Source of the DNA: Dehalococcoidia bacterium
GTDB taxonomy: Bacteria > Chloroflexota > Dehalococcoidia > Lucifugimonadales > G963668185
Direction: 5' to 3'
NCBI GenBank assembly: GCA_965261935.1
Contig: OZ253485.1
Coordinates: 106,832 to 170,831 of the forward strand
Length of the DNA: 64,000 nucleotides
Part shown: positions 9,450 to 17,492 of the stretch, one piece after another
Layout of the letters: each line of letters opens with the position of its first letter
How positions within the stretch are numbered: position 1 is the stretch's first letter
Made by a program: the position numbers and the translations under genes
The notes under the pieces: model-generated
Told to the model about the DNA's origin: nothing
Database searches by the model: none
Seen by the model: the letters and a program-made list of their open reading frames with translations, nothing else

Positions 9450-10661
9450 CTAGCCGTCGCGCCTGATTACCTCGTGTCCGGCGGCCTCCATGATCTCCAT
9501 GACCCAGTTGTTGAACTGGTGCGGCCCGGTCTCCTGCGGCACGAACACGCTGTACTCGTGGTGCTTGCTGCCGCCCTCGATGCCCGCCTGCTGCCACTCG
9601 ACGTTCTGCGCGTCCTGAAGGTTCGTGATGTGCCAAAGCTCGTAGGCTCGCTTGGCGTCGAAGTCCTCGCGCTCCATCGTCTCAGGCTCGAACAAGTAGT
9701 CCCATGTCAGTTGGACCGTCGTCGGGCTGGTGGGAATCATCTGCTGAGTGTGGACGTAATCCGGATGCGCCACAAAGAAGAAGTTCGGTCTTAGCTGCAT
9801 GCCGCTGATGACGCTGTTCGCCTCCTCTTCCGTAAGGCCGCTGAACGCAGGGCCGCTGAGCTGGCCGTCCATCGTCCACGTCCGGCCGCCAGGAATGATG
9901 TCCGAGCCGCCGTGCAGCAGCATCGTTTCTCCGCCGGACGGCTTCCACTCCGGGTCCTGCCTGACGTTGCCCAAGCCCTTCGAGTAAATCGGCACAATGT
10001 TGATGAGCTCCGGATGGACCTGCGGGCAGTGGAAGCACTCGCTGTAGTTCTCGAACCACAGCTTCCAGTTGGCCTTGATTTCATGCACGTATCTGAACCC
10101 AAGCTTGAGCCTCTCCGGGTGGTAGTTCTTGAACTTCACGGGAGTGTCCCCCAAGGCCTTCTCCAGGGGCTCTGCCTCTTCCGGCGCCAGGTTCACGAAG
10201 ATGAATCCGCCCCATTCGCCGACCGCCACGTCGTACAGCGAGTAGTCTTTCATGTCGAAGTCGGCCGACTCGAGCTGGTGCGGCGTGGCGATCAGCTTCC
10301 CTTCCAGCGAGTACGTCCACGCGTGGTACGGACACACGATGGAGCCGCCCTCGAACCGCCCCTCGTCCTGCGTGCACAGGATCGAACCGCGGTGTCGGCA
10401 CGTGTTATGGAACGCTCTCAGGTTGCCCCGCAGGTCCCTGGTGACGACGATGTTCTGCTCGCCAATGGATACGACCTTGTAGTCCCGGGGCGAGGCGACC
10501 TCATCCGACCTGCAGACGTTGATCCACATCCGATACCAGAACGTCTCCAGTTCCTTCCTGTAGTGTTCCGGGTCGTAGTGCCAGCTATTCGGGAAACTGG
10601 GCTCCATCTCGTCAAGGACAAGCTTCCTGTTCCGCCTTTGTTCGTAGCTGTAGACCTGCAT
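9450..10661 (-). CDS. Rieske non-haem-iron oxygenase alpha subunit, paralog 6
   Basis: Same motifs (ENYSECFHCPQVHPEL); 403 aa. The 5' third is identical at DNA level to paralog 7. Confidence 0.9.
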   Translation of the reverse strand: MQVYSYEQRRNRKLVLDEMEPSFPNSWHYDPEHYRKELETFWYRMWINVCRSDEVASPRDYKVVSIGEQNIVVTRDLRGNLRAFHNTCRHRGSILCTQDEGRFEGGSIVCPYHAWTYSLEGKLIATPHQLESADFDMKDYSLYDVAVGEWGGFIFVNLAPEEAEPLEKALGDTPVKFKNYHPERLKLGFRYVHEIKANWKLWFENYSECFHCPQVHPELINIVPIYSKGLGNVRQDPEWKPSGGETMLLHGGSDIIPGGRTWTMDGQLSGPAFSGLTEEEANSVISGMQLRPNFFFVAHPDYVHTQQMIPTSPTTVQLTWDYLFEPETMEREDFDAKRAYELWHITNLQDAQNVEWQQAGIEGGSKHHEYSVFVPQETGPHQFNNWVMEIMEAAGHEVIRRDG

Positions 10662-10732
10662 CTGATAACCTCCGTCGCCGGCTCGACCGCTTTTCGTACG
10701 ATTGCCACTCTTTCCTTTACGTCATTCCGTGC

Positions 10733-11938
10733 TTACGAATCGCGCCTCCGCACCGTGTGCCCGGCCGACTCCATGACCTCCATCACCCAGTTGTTGAACT
10801 GGTGCGGTCCCGTCTCCTGCGGTACGAACACACTGTACTCGTGGTGCTTGCGGCCGCCCTCGATTCCCGCCTGCTGCCACTCGACGTTCTGCGCGTCCTG
10901 CAGGTTCGTGATGTGCCACAGCTCGTACCCGCGCTTGGCATCGAAATCGTCGCGCTCCATCGTCTCAGGCTCGAACAGGTAGTCCCACGTCAGTTGCACC
11001 GTCGTCGGGCTCGTGGGAATCATCTGCTGAGTGTGGACGTAGTCCGGGTGCGCAACGAAGAAGAAGTTCGGCCTGAGCTGCATCCCACCGATGGTGCAGT
11101 TCGCCTCTTCTTCCGTCAGGCCGCTGAACGCGGGGCCGCTGAGCTGGCCGTCCATCGTCCACGTCCTGCCGCCCGGTATGATGTCCGAGCCGCCGTGCAG
11201 CAGCATCGTTTCCCCGCCGGACGGCTTCCACTCCGGGTCCTCCCTGACGTCGCCTAGTCCCTTGGAGTAAATCGGCACAATACTGATGAGCTCGGGGTGG
11301 ACCTGCGGGCAGTGGAAGCACTCGCTGTAGTTCTCGAACCACAGCTTCCAGTTCGCCTTGACCTCATGGACGTACCGGAAACCCAGCTTAAGCCTCTCTG
11401 GGTGGTAGTTCTTGAACTTCAGCGGAGTGTCACCCAGCGACTTTTCGAGCGGCTCGGCCTCTTCCGGCGTGAGGTTAACGAACACGAAGCCGCCCCACTC
11501 GCCGACTGCCGCCTCGTAAAGTGAGTAAGCTTTCATGTCGAAATCGGCCGACTCAAGCTGGTGCGGCGTGGCGATCAGCTTCCCTTCCAGCGAGTACGTC
11601 CACGCGTGGTACGGACACACGATGGAGCCGCCCTCGAACCGCCCCTCGTCCTGCGTGCACAGGATCGAACCGCGGTGTCGGCACGTGTTATGGAACGCTC
11701 TCAGGTTGCCCCGCAGGTCCCTGGTGACGACGATGTTCTGCTCGCCAATGGATACGACCTTGTAGTCCCGGGGCGAGGCGACCTCATCCGACCTGCAGAC
11801 GTTGATCCACATCCGATACCAGAACGTCTCCAGTTCCTTCCTGTAGTGTTCCGGGTCGTAGTGCCAGCTGTTCGGAAAGCTGGGTTCCAGCTTGTCCAGC
11901 ACCACGCGCGATCTCTGGTCGTAGTCGTACACTTGCAT
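10733..11938 (-). CDS. Rieske non-haem-iron oxygenase alpha subunit, paralog 7
   Basis: Same motifs; 401 aa. Confidence 0.9.
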   Translation of the reverse strand: MQVYDYDQRSRVVLDKLEPSFPNSWHYDPEHYRKELETFWYRMWINVCRSDEVASPRDYKVVSIGEQNIVVTRDLRGNLRAFHNTCRHRGSILCTQDEGRFEGGSIVCPYHAWTYSLEGKLIATPHQLESADFDMKAYSLYEAAVGEWGGFVFVNLTPEEAEPLEKSLGDTPLKFKNYHPERLKLGFRYVHEVKANWKLWFENYSECFHCPQVHPELISIVPIYSKGLGDVREDPEWKPSGGETMLLHGGSDIIPGGRTWTMDGQLSGPAFSGLTEEEANCTIGGMQLRPNFFFVAHPDYVHTQQMIPTSPTTVQLTWDYLFEPETMERDDFDAKRGYELWHITNLQDAQNVEWQQAGIEGGRKHHEYSVFVPQETGPHQFNNWVMEVMESAGHTVRRRDS

Positions 11939-11992
11939 CTCTGGGACCTCCTGCCTGTTCTGGGCCGCGTGTTGCTATTTGCTGGCAAGTAG

Positions 11993-13171
11993 TTAGATTG
12001 CCCCGGCCTCCTTGAGCTTGTCCGCCACCCACCTGTTGAATCGCCACGGTCCCTGTTCGTTAGATACGAACACGCTCTCCTTGTGCACGTTTCGCCCGGC
12101 CATGAGCCCGGCCTGCTGCCACTCCACGTTCTGGGCGTCCTGCAAGTTCGTGATGTGCCATAGCTCGTATGCGCGCTTGGCGTCGAAGTCCTCGCGCTCC
12201 ATCGTCTCCGGCTCGAACAGGTAGTCCCACGTTATCTCGACCGTGGACGGACTCGTGGGCAGCATGCGCTGTGTGTGAACGTAGTCCGGGTGCATGTTCA
12301 GGAAGAAGCTCGGTCTGAGCATGCCGCCGTTCTGCGGACTGTCCAGCTCGTGTTCATTGAGGCCGCTGAGCGCCGGTCCGCTCAACTGACCGTCCATGGT
12401 CCAGGTCTTCGCGCCGGGGATGATGTCCAGCTCCCTGACCATCGTGTCGCCGCCGGTGCCTTCCCAGTCGCGAGCGAAGCCCCCGTCCAGCGCCAGTGCA
12501 TAGATCGGCACAACGGCGCACAGCTCCGGGTGGACCTGCGGGCAGTGGAAGCACTCCATGTAGTTCTCGAACCACAGCTTCCAGTTCGTCTTGATCTCGG
12601 CTACGTACCTGTATCCCAGGCGCAGGTCCTCAGTACGGTAGTTGGCGAACCGTTCCGGGAAGTCGCCGAGTACGTTTTCCAACGGCTCGGCCTTATCCCC
12701 CGCCAGGTTCACGAACACGAAGCCGCCCCACTCGCCGACGGCCACGCCGTACAGCGAGTAGTCTTTCATGGCGAAGTCGGCCGACTCCAGCTGGTGTGGC
12801 GTCGCGATCAGGCCGCCCTCCAGCGAGTAGGTCCACGCATGGTACGGGCAGACAATCGACCCGCCTTCGAAGCGGCCCTCGTCCTGGGTGCACAAGATGG
12901 AGCCCCGGTGCCGGCAGGTGTTGTGGAACGCGCGGACGTTGCCCTTGAGGTCCCTGGTGACAATGACGTTCTGATCGCCTATGGAGACGACTTTGTAGTC
13001 CCTCGGTGAGGCAACGTCCTCAGAGCGGCACGCGTACATCCACATGCTGTACCAGAAGACGTCCAATTCCTTCCGGTGGTGCTCCGGGTCGTAGTGCCAG
13101 TGGTTGGGGAAGCTCGATTCCAGGTGGCCGATGGCTGCTGGACTGTTAGCAAATGACTGCCGCGTTAGCAT
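11993..13171 (-). CDS. Rieske non-haem-iron oxygenase alpha subunit, paralog 8
   Basis: CRHRGSILC...CPYHAWTY; NWKLWFENYMECFHCPQVHPEL. Divergent segment after the Fe site (VVPIYALALDGGFARDWEGTGG). Confidence 0.9.
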   Translation of the reverse strand: MLTRQSFANSPAAIGHLESSFPNHWHYDPEHHRKELDVFWYSMWMYACRSEDVASPRDYKVVSIGDQNVIVTRDLKGNVRAFHNTCRHRGSILCTQDEGRFEGGSIVCPYHAWTYSLEGGLIATPHQLESADFAMKDYSLYGVAVGEWGGFVFVNLAGDKAEPLENVLGDFPERFANYRTEDLRLGYRYVAEIKTNWKLWFENYMECFHCPQVHPELCAVVPIYALALDGGFARDWEGTGGDTMVRELDIIPGAKTWTMDGQLSGPALSGLNEHELDSPQNGGMLRPSFFLNMHPDYVHTQRMLPTSPSTVEITWDYLFEPETMEREDFDAKRAYELWHITNLQDAQNVEWQQAGLMAGRNVHKESVFVSNEQGPWRFNRWVADKLKEAGAI

Positions 13172-13211
13172 GGCGCGTTACCTCCGCTCGGGTGCAGTTT
13201 CGGCTATGTTA

Positions 13212-13251
13212 GACGAAAACGCGCGGCCCCGCCATGCGTCGGCGGGGCCGC
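13212..13251 (-). terminator. Candidate Rho-independent terminator downstream of paralog 9
   Basis: On the minus strand: GCGGCCCCGCC - GACGCAT - GGCGGGGCCGC (11-bp perfect GC stem, plus-strand 13223-13233 / 13241-13251), followed by GCGTTTTCGTCT. Confidence 0.6.
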
Positions 13252-13279
13252 TGTTCAGTCCTTTCGGATGTGCAGTCGG

Positions 13280-14500
13280 CTAGTACCTGGTGTCCCCGCC
13301 GTAGTCCGGGTCGGTCTCCTCGCCGAGCCGCTCCAGCACCCACTGGTGGAAGCGCCAGGGCCCAATCTCCTGGGGCACGAAGGTGCAGTGATCGGCCTCC
13401 CGGCTGGCCAGTCCCTCCTGCTGCCACTTGCAGTTCTGGGCGTCTTGCCGGTTGGTGATGTCCCACAAATCGACCATCTTGTCGATGTCGAAGTCCGGCC
13501 TCTCCATGGAAGACGGCTCGAACAGCCAGTCGTACACCATCTGTACGCTGGTCGGGCCTGTGGGCAGCATCCGGTGAGTGTGAATGAAGTCAGGGTGGAT
13601 GTTGATAAACAGGTTGGGCCTGAGCACGGACGCAGTGTAGCCGGTGCTCCGTTCCTCCTCGGTGAGGTCGCGGAAGAAGGGCACGTTCGTGGTGCCGTCC
13701 ATGGTGAGGGTCACCTTGCCGGGCGCCAACCGCTGCGTTCGGCTCATCGTCTGGCCGCCCGTAGGCTCGAAGTCCTTGCCTTGCTCCATTAGCATCATGC
13801 CGTCGTCTTTCTGACGGTCGCTGAGCAGTCCCTCGCCGTAGATCGGGATCACGTCACACAACTCCGGATGGACCCCCGGGCAGTGGAAGCACTCCGAGAA
13901 GTTCTCGAACAGCAGCTTCCAGTTGGCCTCCACGTCGATGACGATCCGCTTGCCCAGCTTCAACTCTTCCATGTGGTAGTTCTGAAGTCGGGCAGGGGTG
14001 TTGCCCAGCGTATGCTCGAGCGGTTCCGCGTTAGCGCCGGCGAAATTCACGAAGATGTACCCGGCCCACTCTCCCACGGCCACCCCGTACAGCGAATACT
14101 CGTTCATGTCGAAGTCTGCCGACTCCAACTGATGCGGCGTGGCGATCAGGCTGCCCTCCAGCGAGTAGGTCCATGCGTGGTAGGGGCAGACCACCGAACC
14201 GCCCTCGAACCGGCCCGACTCCTCCGTGCACAGGATGGATCCGCGGTGCCGGCAGGTGTTGTGGAACGCGCGCAGCACACCCTTGAGGTCCCTGGTGATG
14301 ACGCAGCTCTGTTCGCCGACGGTGAAGACTTTGTAGTCCCTGGGCGACGCCACCTCCTCGGCCCGGCAAGCGTACACCCACATGTCGTACCAGAAAACGT
14401 CCAGTTCTTTTTGGTGCTGCTCAGGATCGTAGAAGTAACGGTATGGAAGTCCGTTCTTGATCTGCCTGAGTATCGATGGACCCGCAAATTGAGCCTGCAT
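13280..14500 (-). CDS. Rieske non-haem-iron oxygenase alpha subunit, paralog 9 (most divergent)
   Basis: CRHRGSILC...CPYHAWTY; NWKLLFENFSECFHCPGVHPEL. It has a longer insertion after the Fe site (GEGLLSDRQKDDGMMLMEQGKDFEPTGGQTMSRTQRL). Confidence 0.9.
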   Translation of the reverse strand: MQAQFAGPSILRQIKNGLPYRYFYDPEQHQKELDVFWYDMWVYACRAEEVASPRDYKVFTVGEQSCVITRDLKGVLRAFHNTCRHRGSILCTEESGRFEGGSVVCPYHAWTYSLEGSLIATPHQLESADFDMNEYSLYGVAVGEWAGYIFVNFAGANAEPLEHTLGNTPARLQNYHMEELKLGKRIVIDVEANWKLLFENFSECFHCPGVHPELCDVIPIYGEGLLSDRQKDDGMMLMEQGKDFEPTGGQTMSRTQRLAPGKVTLTMDGTTNVPFFRDLTEEERSTGYTASVLRPNLFINIHPDFIHTHRMLPTGPTSVQMVYDWLFEPSSMERPDFDIDKMVDLWDITNRQDAQNCKWQQEGLASREADHCTFVPQEIGPWRFHQWVLERLGEETDPDYGGDTRY

Positions 14501-14615
14501 ATTCCCTCCTGGTCGTGTGCGCTGCCTTCGGTATATGGTGCGCCGATGATTGAATACAGGCGCGTAACGCGATTCTAGTTGCCAATTCAGTCCACTGCAA
14601 CACTAAAACTCATTG

Positions 14616-14640
14616 GTTACTCCACGTGCTGGGGAGTAAC
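14616..14640. promoter_or_regulatory. Candidate operator: 8-9-8 inverted repeat in the divergent paralog-9 / MFS intergenic region
   Basis: GTTACTCC-acgtgctgg-GGAGTAAC, about 45 bp upstream of the MFS start at 14686. GTAAC pentamers recur nearby (cgcGTAACgcg, tcGTAACaac). Confidence 0.3.
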
Positions 14641-14685
14641 ATTGCTTCTTCGTAACAACAGGGGCGGCGTAAACGGAGAGGTAGG

Positions 14686-15960
14686 ATGACAAGCCGGTCC
14701 CAATCCCCGGCCCAGAGGGCTTCTCAGCCGCGGCGAAGGCTGTTCGTAGCCTTCAGCATAAAGGGCTATGTCTGGTTCTGGGCCAGCATGTTCTGGTCGG
14801 CCGCCGGGATGAGCGGCCGGATGCTCGCCCAGGGCTGGCTCGTCGTCGACCTGACGGACGAGAGCGGCGCCAGCGCGCCGCTATGGCTCGGCATCCTTTC
14901 TGCGGTCCGCGCCATCGGCAGCACTTTCCTGTCGCCCATCGGTGGCGTAATTATCGACAGATTCGACCGCCGCTTACTGCTGGTCGCGCTGCAGACGTTC
15001 AACATGACCACCAGCCTTGTGCTGGGGACCCTCGTTATCATGGATTGGGTGCAGATGTGGCACCTGATAGTCATCTCGCTGCTTCAGGGCATCATCATGG
15101 CTATCAGCATGCCGACCCGCAACGCGGTCACGTTCGACCTCGCGGGTCGCGAGAGCCTGATGAATGCGATGTCCGCCAACTACCTGGCTTCGGACGTCAT
15201 GCGCATAGCGAGCCCTGTGATTGCCGGTGTGATCACGGACCTTGCGGGCACCGGCGGGGCGTTCTTCTTCCTCGCAAGCTCGTTCATCGTCGCAACCTAC
15301 TGCATTCTTCGGCTGCCGCGCACTGAAATGAAGCCCAGACCCCGCCGCTCCGTTTGGTTAAGCCTGACGGAAGGCGCCTCTTACGCATGCCGCAACAGGA
15401 ACATGCGAATGATCATGGTCATGGACATACTCATGTCATGCTTCGCTTACAGCTCGCAACTCATGCTTCCCTTCTTCGCGAGGGAGGTCCTGGGTGTCAG
15501 CGCGACGGGGCTAGGTGTCCTAATGGGAGTTATGGGTGTCGGGTCCCTGATGACCGGCGTGCTTATCGCAAGCTCCGCCAGCCTGAAGCCCACGCACGCA
15601 CGTTACCTGGTGGCCTCCCTGGGATACTCGGCGATGGTGATCGGGTGGGCCGTGTCGCCGTGGTTCGCGCTTGCGGCCTTGTTCCTCTTCCTGAATGGAA
15701 TGGCCTCGGGCGGGTTCAACTCACTGTCTTCTTCCCTCATACAGGTTGTTTCTTCTGAGGAGTACCGCGGAAGGATGATAGGTTTGCAGGGCCTCACCTG
15801 GGGAACGATGTCACTCGGAGGAATGGCCATAGGGGGCGCTGCCACCTTCGTCAGCATAACCTTTGCGCTGTCGGGGCTCGCGGCCATTCCCGCTCTCCTT
15901 TCGGTGGTCTATCTTGTCAGGGCGAAGCAGTACTCTACCGATCCCGAGGATCAGGGCTGA
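14686..15960 (+). CDS. MFS transporter
   Basis: 424 aa with multiple hydrophobic spans. The N-terminal FxxxFxxxxxxWFWASMFWSAAG... layout is typical of MFS_3/EntS-like transporters. Confidence 0.8.
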   Translation: MTSRSQSPAQRASQPRRRLFVAFSIKGYVWFWASMFWSAAGMSGRMLAQGWLVVDLTDESGASAPLWLGILSAVRAIGSTFLSPIGGVIIDRFDRRLLLVALQTFNMTTSLVLGTLVIMDWVQMWHLIVISLLQGIIMAISMPTRNAVTFDLAGRESLMNAMSANYLASDVMRIASPVIAGVITDLAGTGGAFFFLASSFIVATYCILRLPRTEMKPRPRRSVWLSLTEGASYACRNRNMRMIMVMDILMSCFAYSSQLMLPFFAREVLGVSATGLGVLMGVMGVGSLMTGVLIASSASLKPTHARYLVASLGYSAMVIGWAVSPWFALAALFLFLNGMASGGFNSLSSSLIQVVSSEEYRGRMIGLQGLTWGTMSLGGMAIGGAATFVSITFALSGLAAIPALLSVVYLVRAKQYSTDPEDQG

Positions 15961-16047
15961 CCCGCCCCTCTTACGGGCCCATCTGCTGACGGCGGCGGTT
16001 CCGCTTAGTAGCATAAGTAGACGCACTAAATTTCCGGAGGTGTTCCC

Positions 16048-16383
16048 ATGCCGGCAGGACAAGTCTTCGCGATTGCCGACCTCATGGCGCAGCAGAGCGA
16101 GAGCGAAGGGTTCTGGTACGAGTTTCTCCGTGTACCGAGGATGTACTGCGGCCTCTACGTGTTGCCCGCCGGGACCAAAGACCCACAGCAGCCCCACGCG
16201 GACGACGAGGTCTACTACGTCGTGAAAGGGCGCGGCGTCATACAGGTGGAAGGGGACAACATGCCGTTGCAGGAGGGCAGCGTCGCGTACGTCGCCGCGG
16301 ACGCCAAGCACCACTTCCACTCCATCACCGAAGACCTGATCCTATTAGTCTTCTTCGAGGCATCCGGAAGCTCGGAAGGGTAG
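16048..16383 (+). CDS. Cupin domain protein
   Basis: 111 aa. PHADDEVYYVVKGRG...EGSVAYVAADAKHHFHS is a cupin_2 two-motif pattern. Confidence 0.75.
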   Translation: MPAGQVFAIADLMAQQSESEGFWYEFLRVPRMYCGLYVLPAGTKDPQQPHADDEVYYVVKGRGVIQVEGDNMPLQEGSVAYVAADAKHHFHSITEDLILLVFFEASGSSEG

Positions 16384-16497
16384 GGAAGTACGCAAGTCGT
16401 GCGTTGCCCATAGGCGGCCCCGATCTTACACTGTGACATCCACGACCAAGAAGGCTTTGCGAGATGTGGCCGCTAGTTGACGGGCGTCGGAGGGACC

Positions 16498-16713
16498 ATG
16501 GGAGCATCGACCGAGATCATATTCGAAGTGACTGAAGCTGTTGAGGGCGGCCTCGATGCCCGGGCGCTTGGCTATAGCATCTTCACACAATGCGAGGACT
16601 GGTCAGACCTCAAAGCAGTGGTCAAGGATGCCGTTTACTGTCACTTCGGCGACCAGGAAATGCCTAAGGTCATAAGACTGCATTTCGTCAAGGGCGAAGC
16701 CATCGCAGTGTGA
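16498..16713 (+). CDS. hicB: HicB-like antitoxin (HicB_lk_antitox type)
   Basis: MGASTEIIFEVTEAVEGGLDARALGYSIFTQCEDWSDLKAVVKDAVYCHFGDQEMPKVIRLHFV resembles the small HicB-like family. GGAGGGA Shine-Dalgarno sequence before the ATG at 16498. 4-nt overlap with the downstream toxin gene. Confidence 0.7.
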   Translation: MGASTEIIFEVTEAVEGGLDARALGYSIFTQCEDWSDLKAVVKDAVYCHFGDQEMPKVIRLHFVKGEAIAV

Positions 16714-16961
16714 GACTGCTCCGAGACCTGTCGGGCCAAGACTTGGTAGTGTTGTTGCGCCGTCAATACGCTTACCAAGTCTTGCGGCAAAGGGGCAGCC
16801 ATGTGACATTGACCCGAACCGTTGGCGGCGTAGCCGATAGCATTACCGTTCCACTCCACCGCGCCGTTCGCGTAGGAACACTAGGTGGAATAGTTGCCGA
16901 TATCTCTTCCCATTTTGGCTTTCGCCAAAATGAAGTGCGTGCCGCGCTCTTCGGAGGTTAA
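16710..16961 (+). CDS. hicA: HicA family mRNA-interferase toxin
   Basis: LRDLSGQDLVVLLRR..YQVLRQRGSHVTLTR....SITVPLHRAVRVGTLGGIVADISSHFG shows the YcfA/HicA layout with the GSH catalytic motif. Confidence 0.75.
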   Translation: MRLLRDLSGQDLVVLLRRQYAYQVLRQRGSHVTLTRTVGGVADSITVPLHRAVRVGTLGGIVADISSHFGFRQNEVRAALFGG

Positions 16962-17046
16962 GTACTGCCTGTCCGCAACTACGTGAGCTGCGTGCTTCGG
17001 ACGCTACGCACTGGCCATAGCTGAGTCGAGGCTGGAAAACTAGGCA

Positions 17047-17181
17047 ATGGCAGATGACATGCCGTTGCAGGAAGGCAGCGTGACCTACGTCGCCGCGGAT
17101 GCCAGGCACCACTTCCACTCCATCACCGAGGACCTGACCCTGCTCGTCTTCTTCGAAGTGTCTGGAAGTTCTGAAGGGTAG
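17047..17181 (+). pseudogene. Duplicated 3' fragment of the cupin gene (44-codon remnant)
   Basis: 17053-17191 aligns with 16255-16393 (the cupin 3' end plus 10 nt past the stop) at roughly 88% identity by eye. It translates as MADDMPLQEGSVTYVAADARHHFHSITEDLTLLVFFEVSGSSEG*. Confidence 0.8.
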
Positions 17182-17282
17182 GGAAGTACGCGGGCCTGGC
17201 AGTGCCCTTCGGCAGCGCCGCTCTCATGCAAAGCACTTGCGGTTCAGCCATTATTGCCGGCCACAAGTGTGTGGTGTATGGT

Positions 17283-17492
17283 ATGTGTATGACACGCACC
17301 AACGTAGACATCGATGACAGCGCGTGCGCGGAGGTGATGCGGCGCTATCGCTTGGCGACCAAGCGAGAGGCCATTAACTATGCGCTACGTGTACTGGCGG
17401 CAGAACCAGCTTCTGTCGACGAAGCCCGCGCACTTCGGGGGACCGGGTGGGAAGGGGATCTGGACGCGATGCGCGCCTGTCGCGCGCCGTGA
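17283..17492 (+). CDS. vapB: VapB-type antitoxin (DUF2191/Rv0299-like)
   Basis: M(C)MTRTNVDIDDSACAEVMRRYRLATKREAINYALRVLA is the typical N-terminus of this antitoxin family. Its stop overlaps the vapC GTG (GTGA). Confidence 0.75.
   Translation: MCMTRTNVDIDDSACAEVMRRYRLATKREAINYALRVLAAEPASVDEARALRGTGWEGDLDAMRACRAP

Noticed and set aside
10273-11869. Diversity-generating retroelement (template/variable repeat) as an explanation for the identical 314-bp tracts
   Set aside because: The two tracts are identical rather than differing at adenines. They cover the conserved domain, not the variable one. No reverse transcriptase gene is present.
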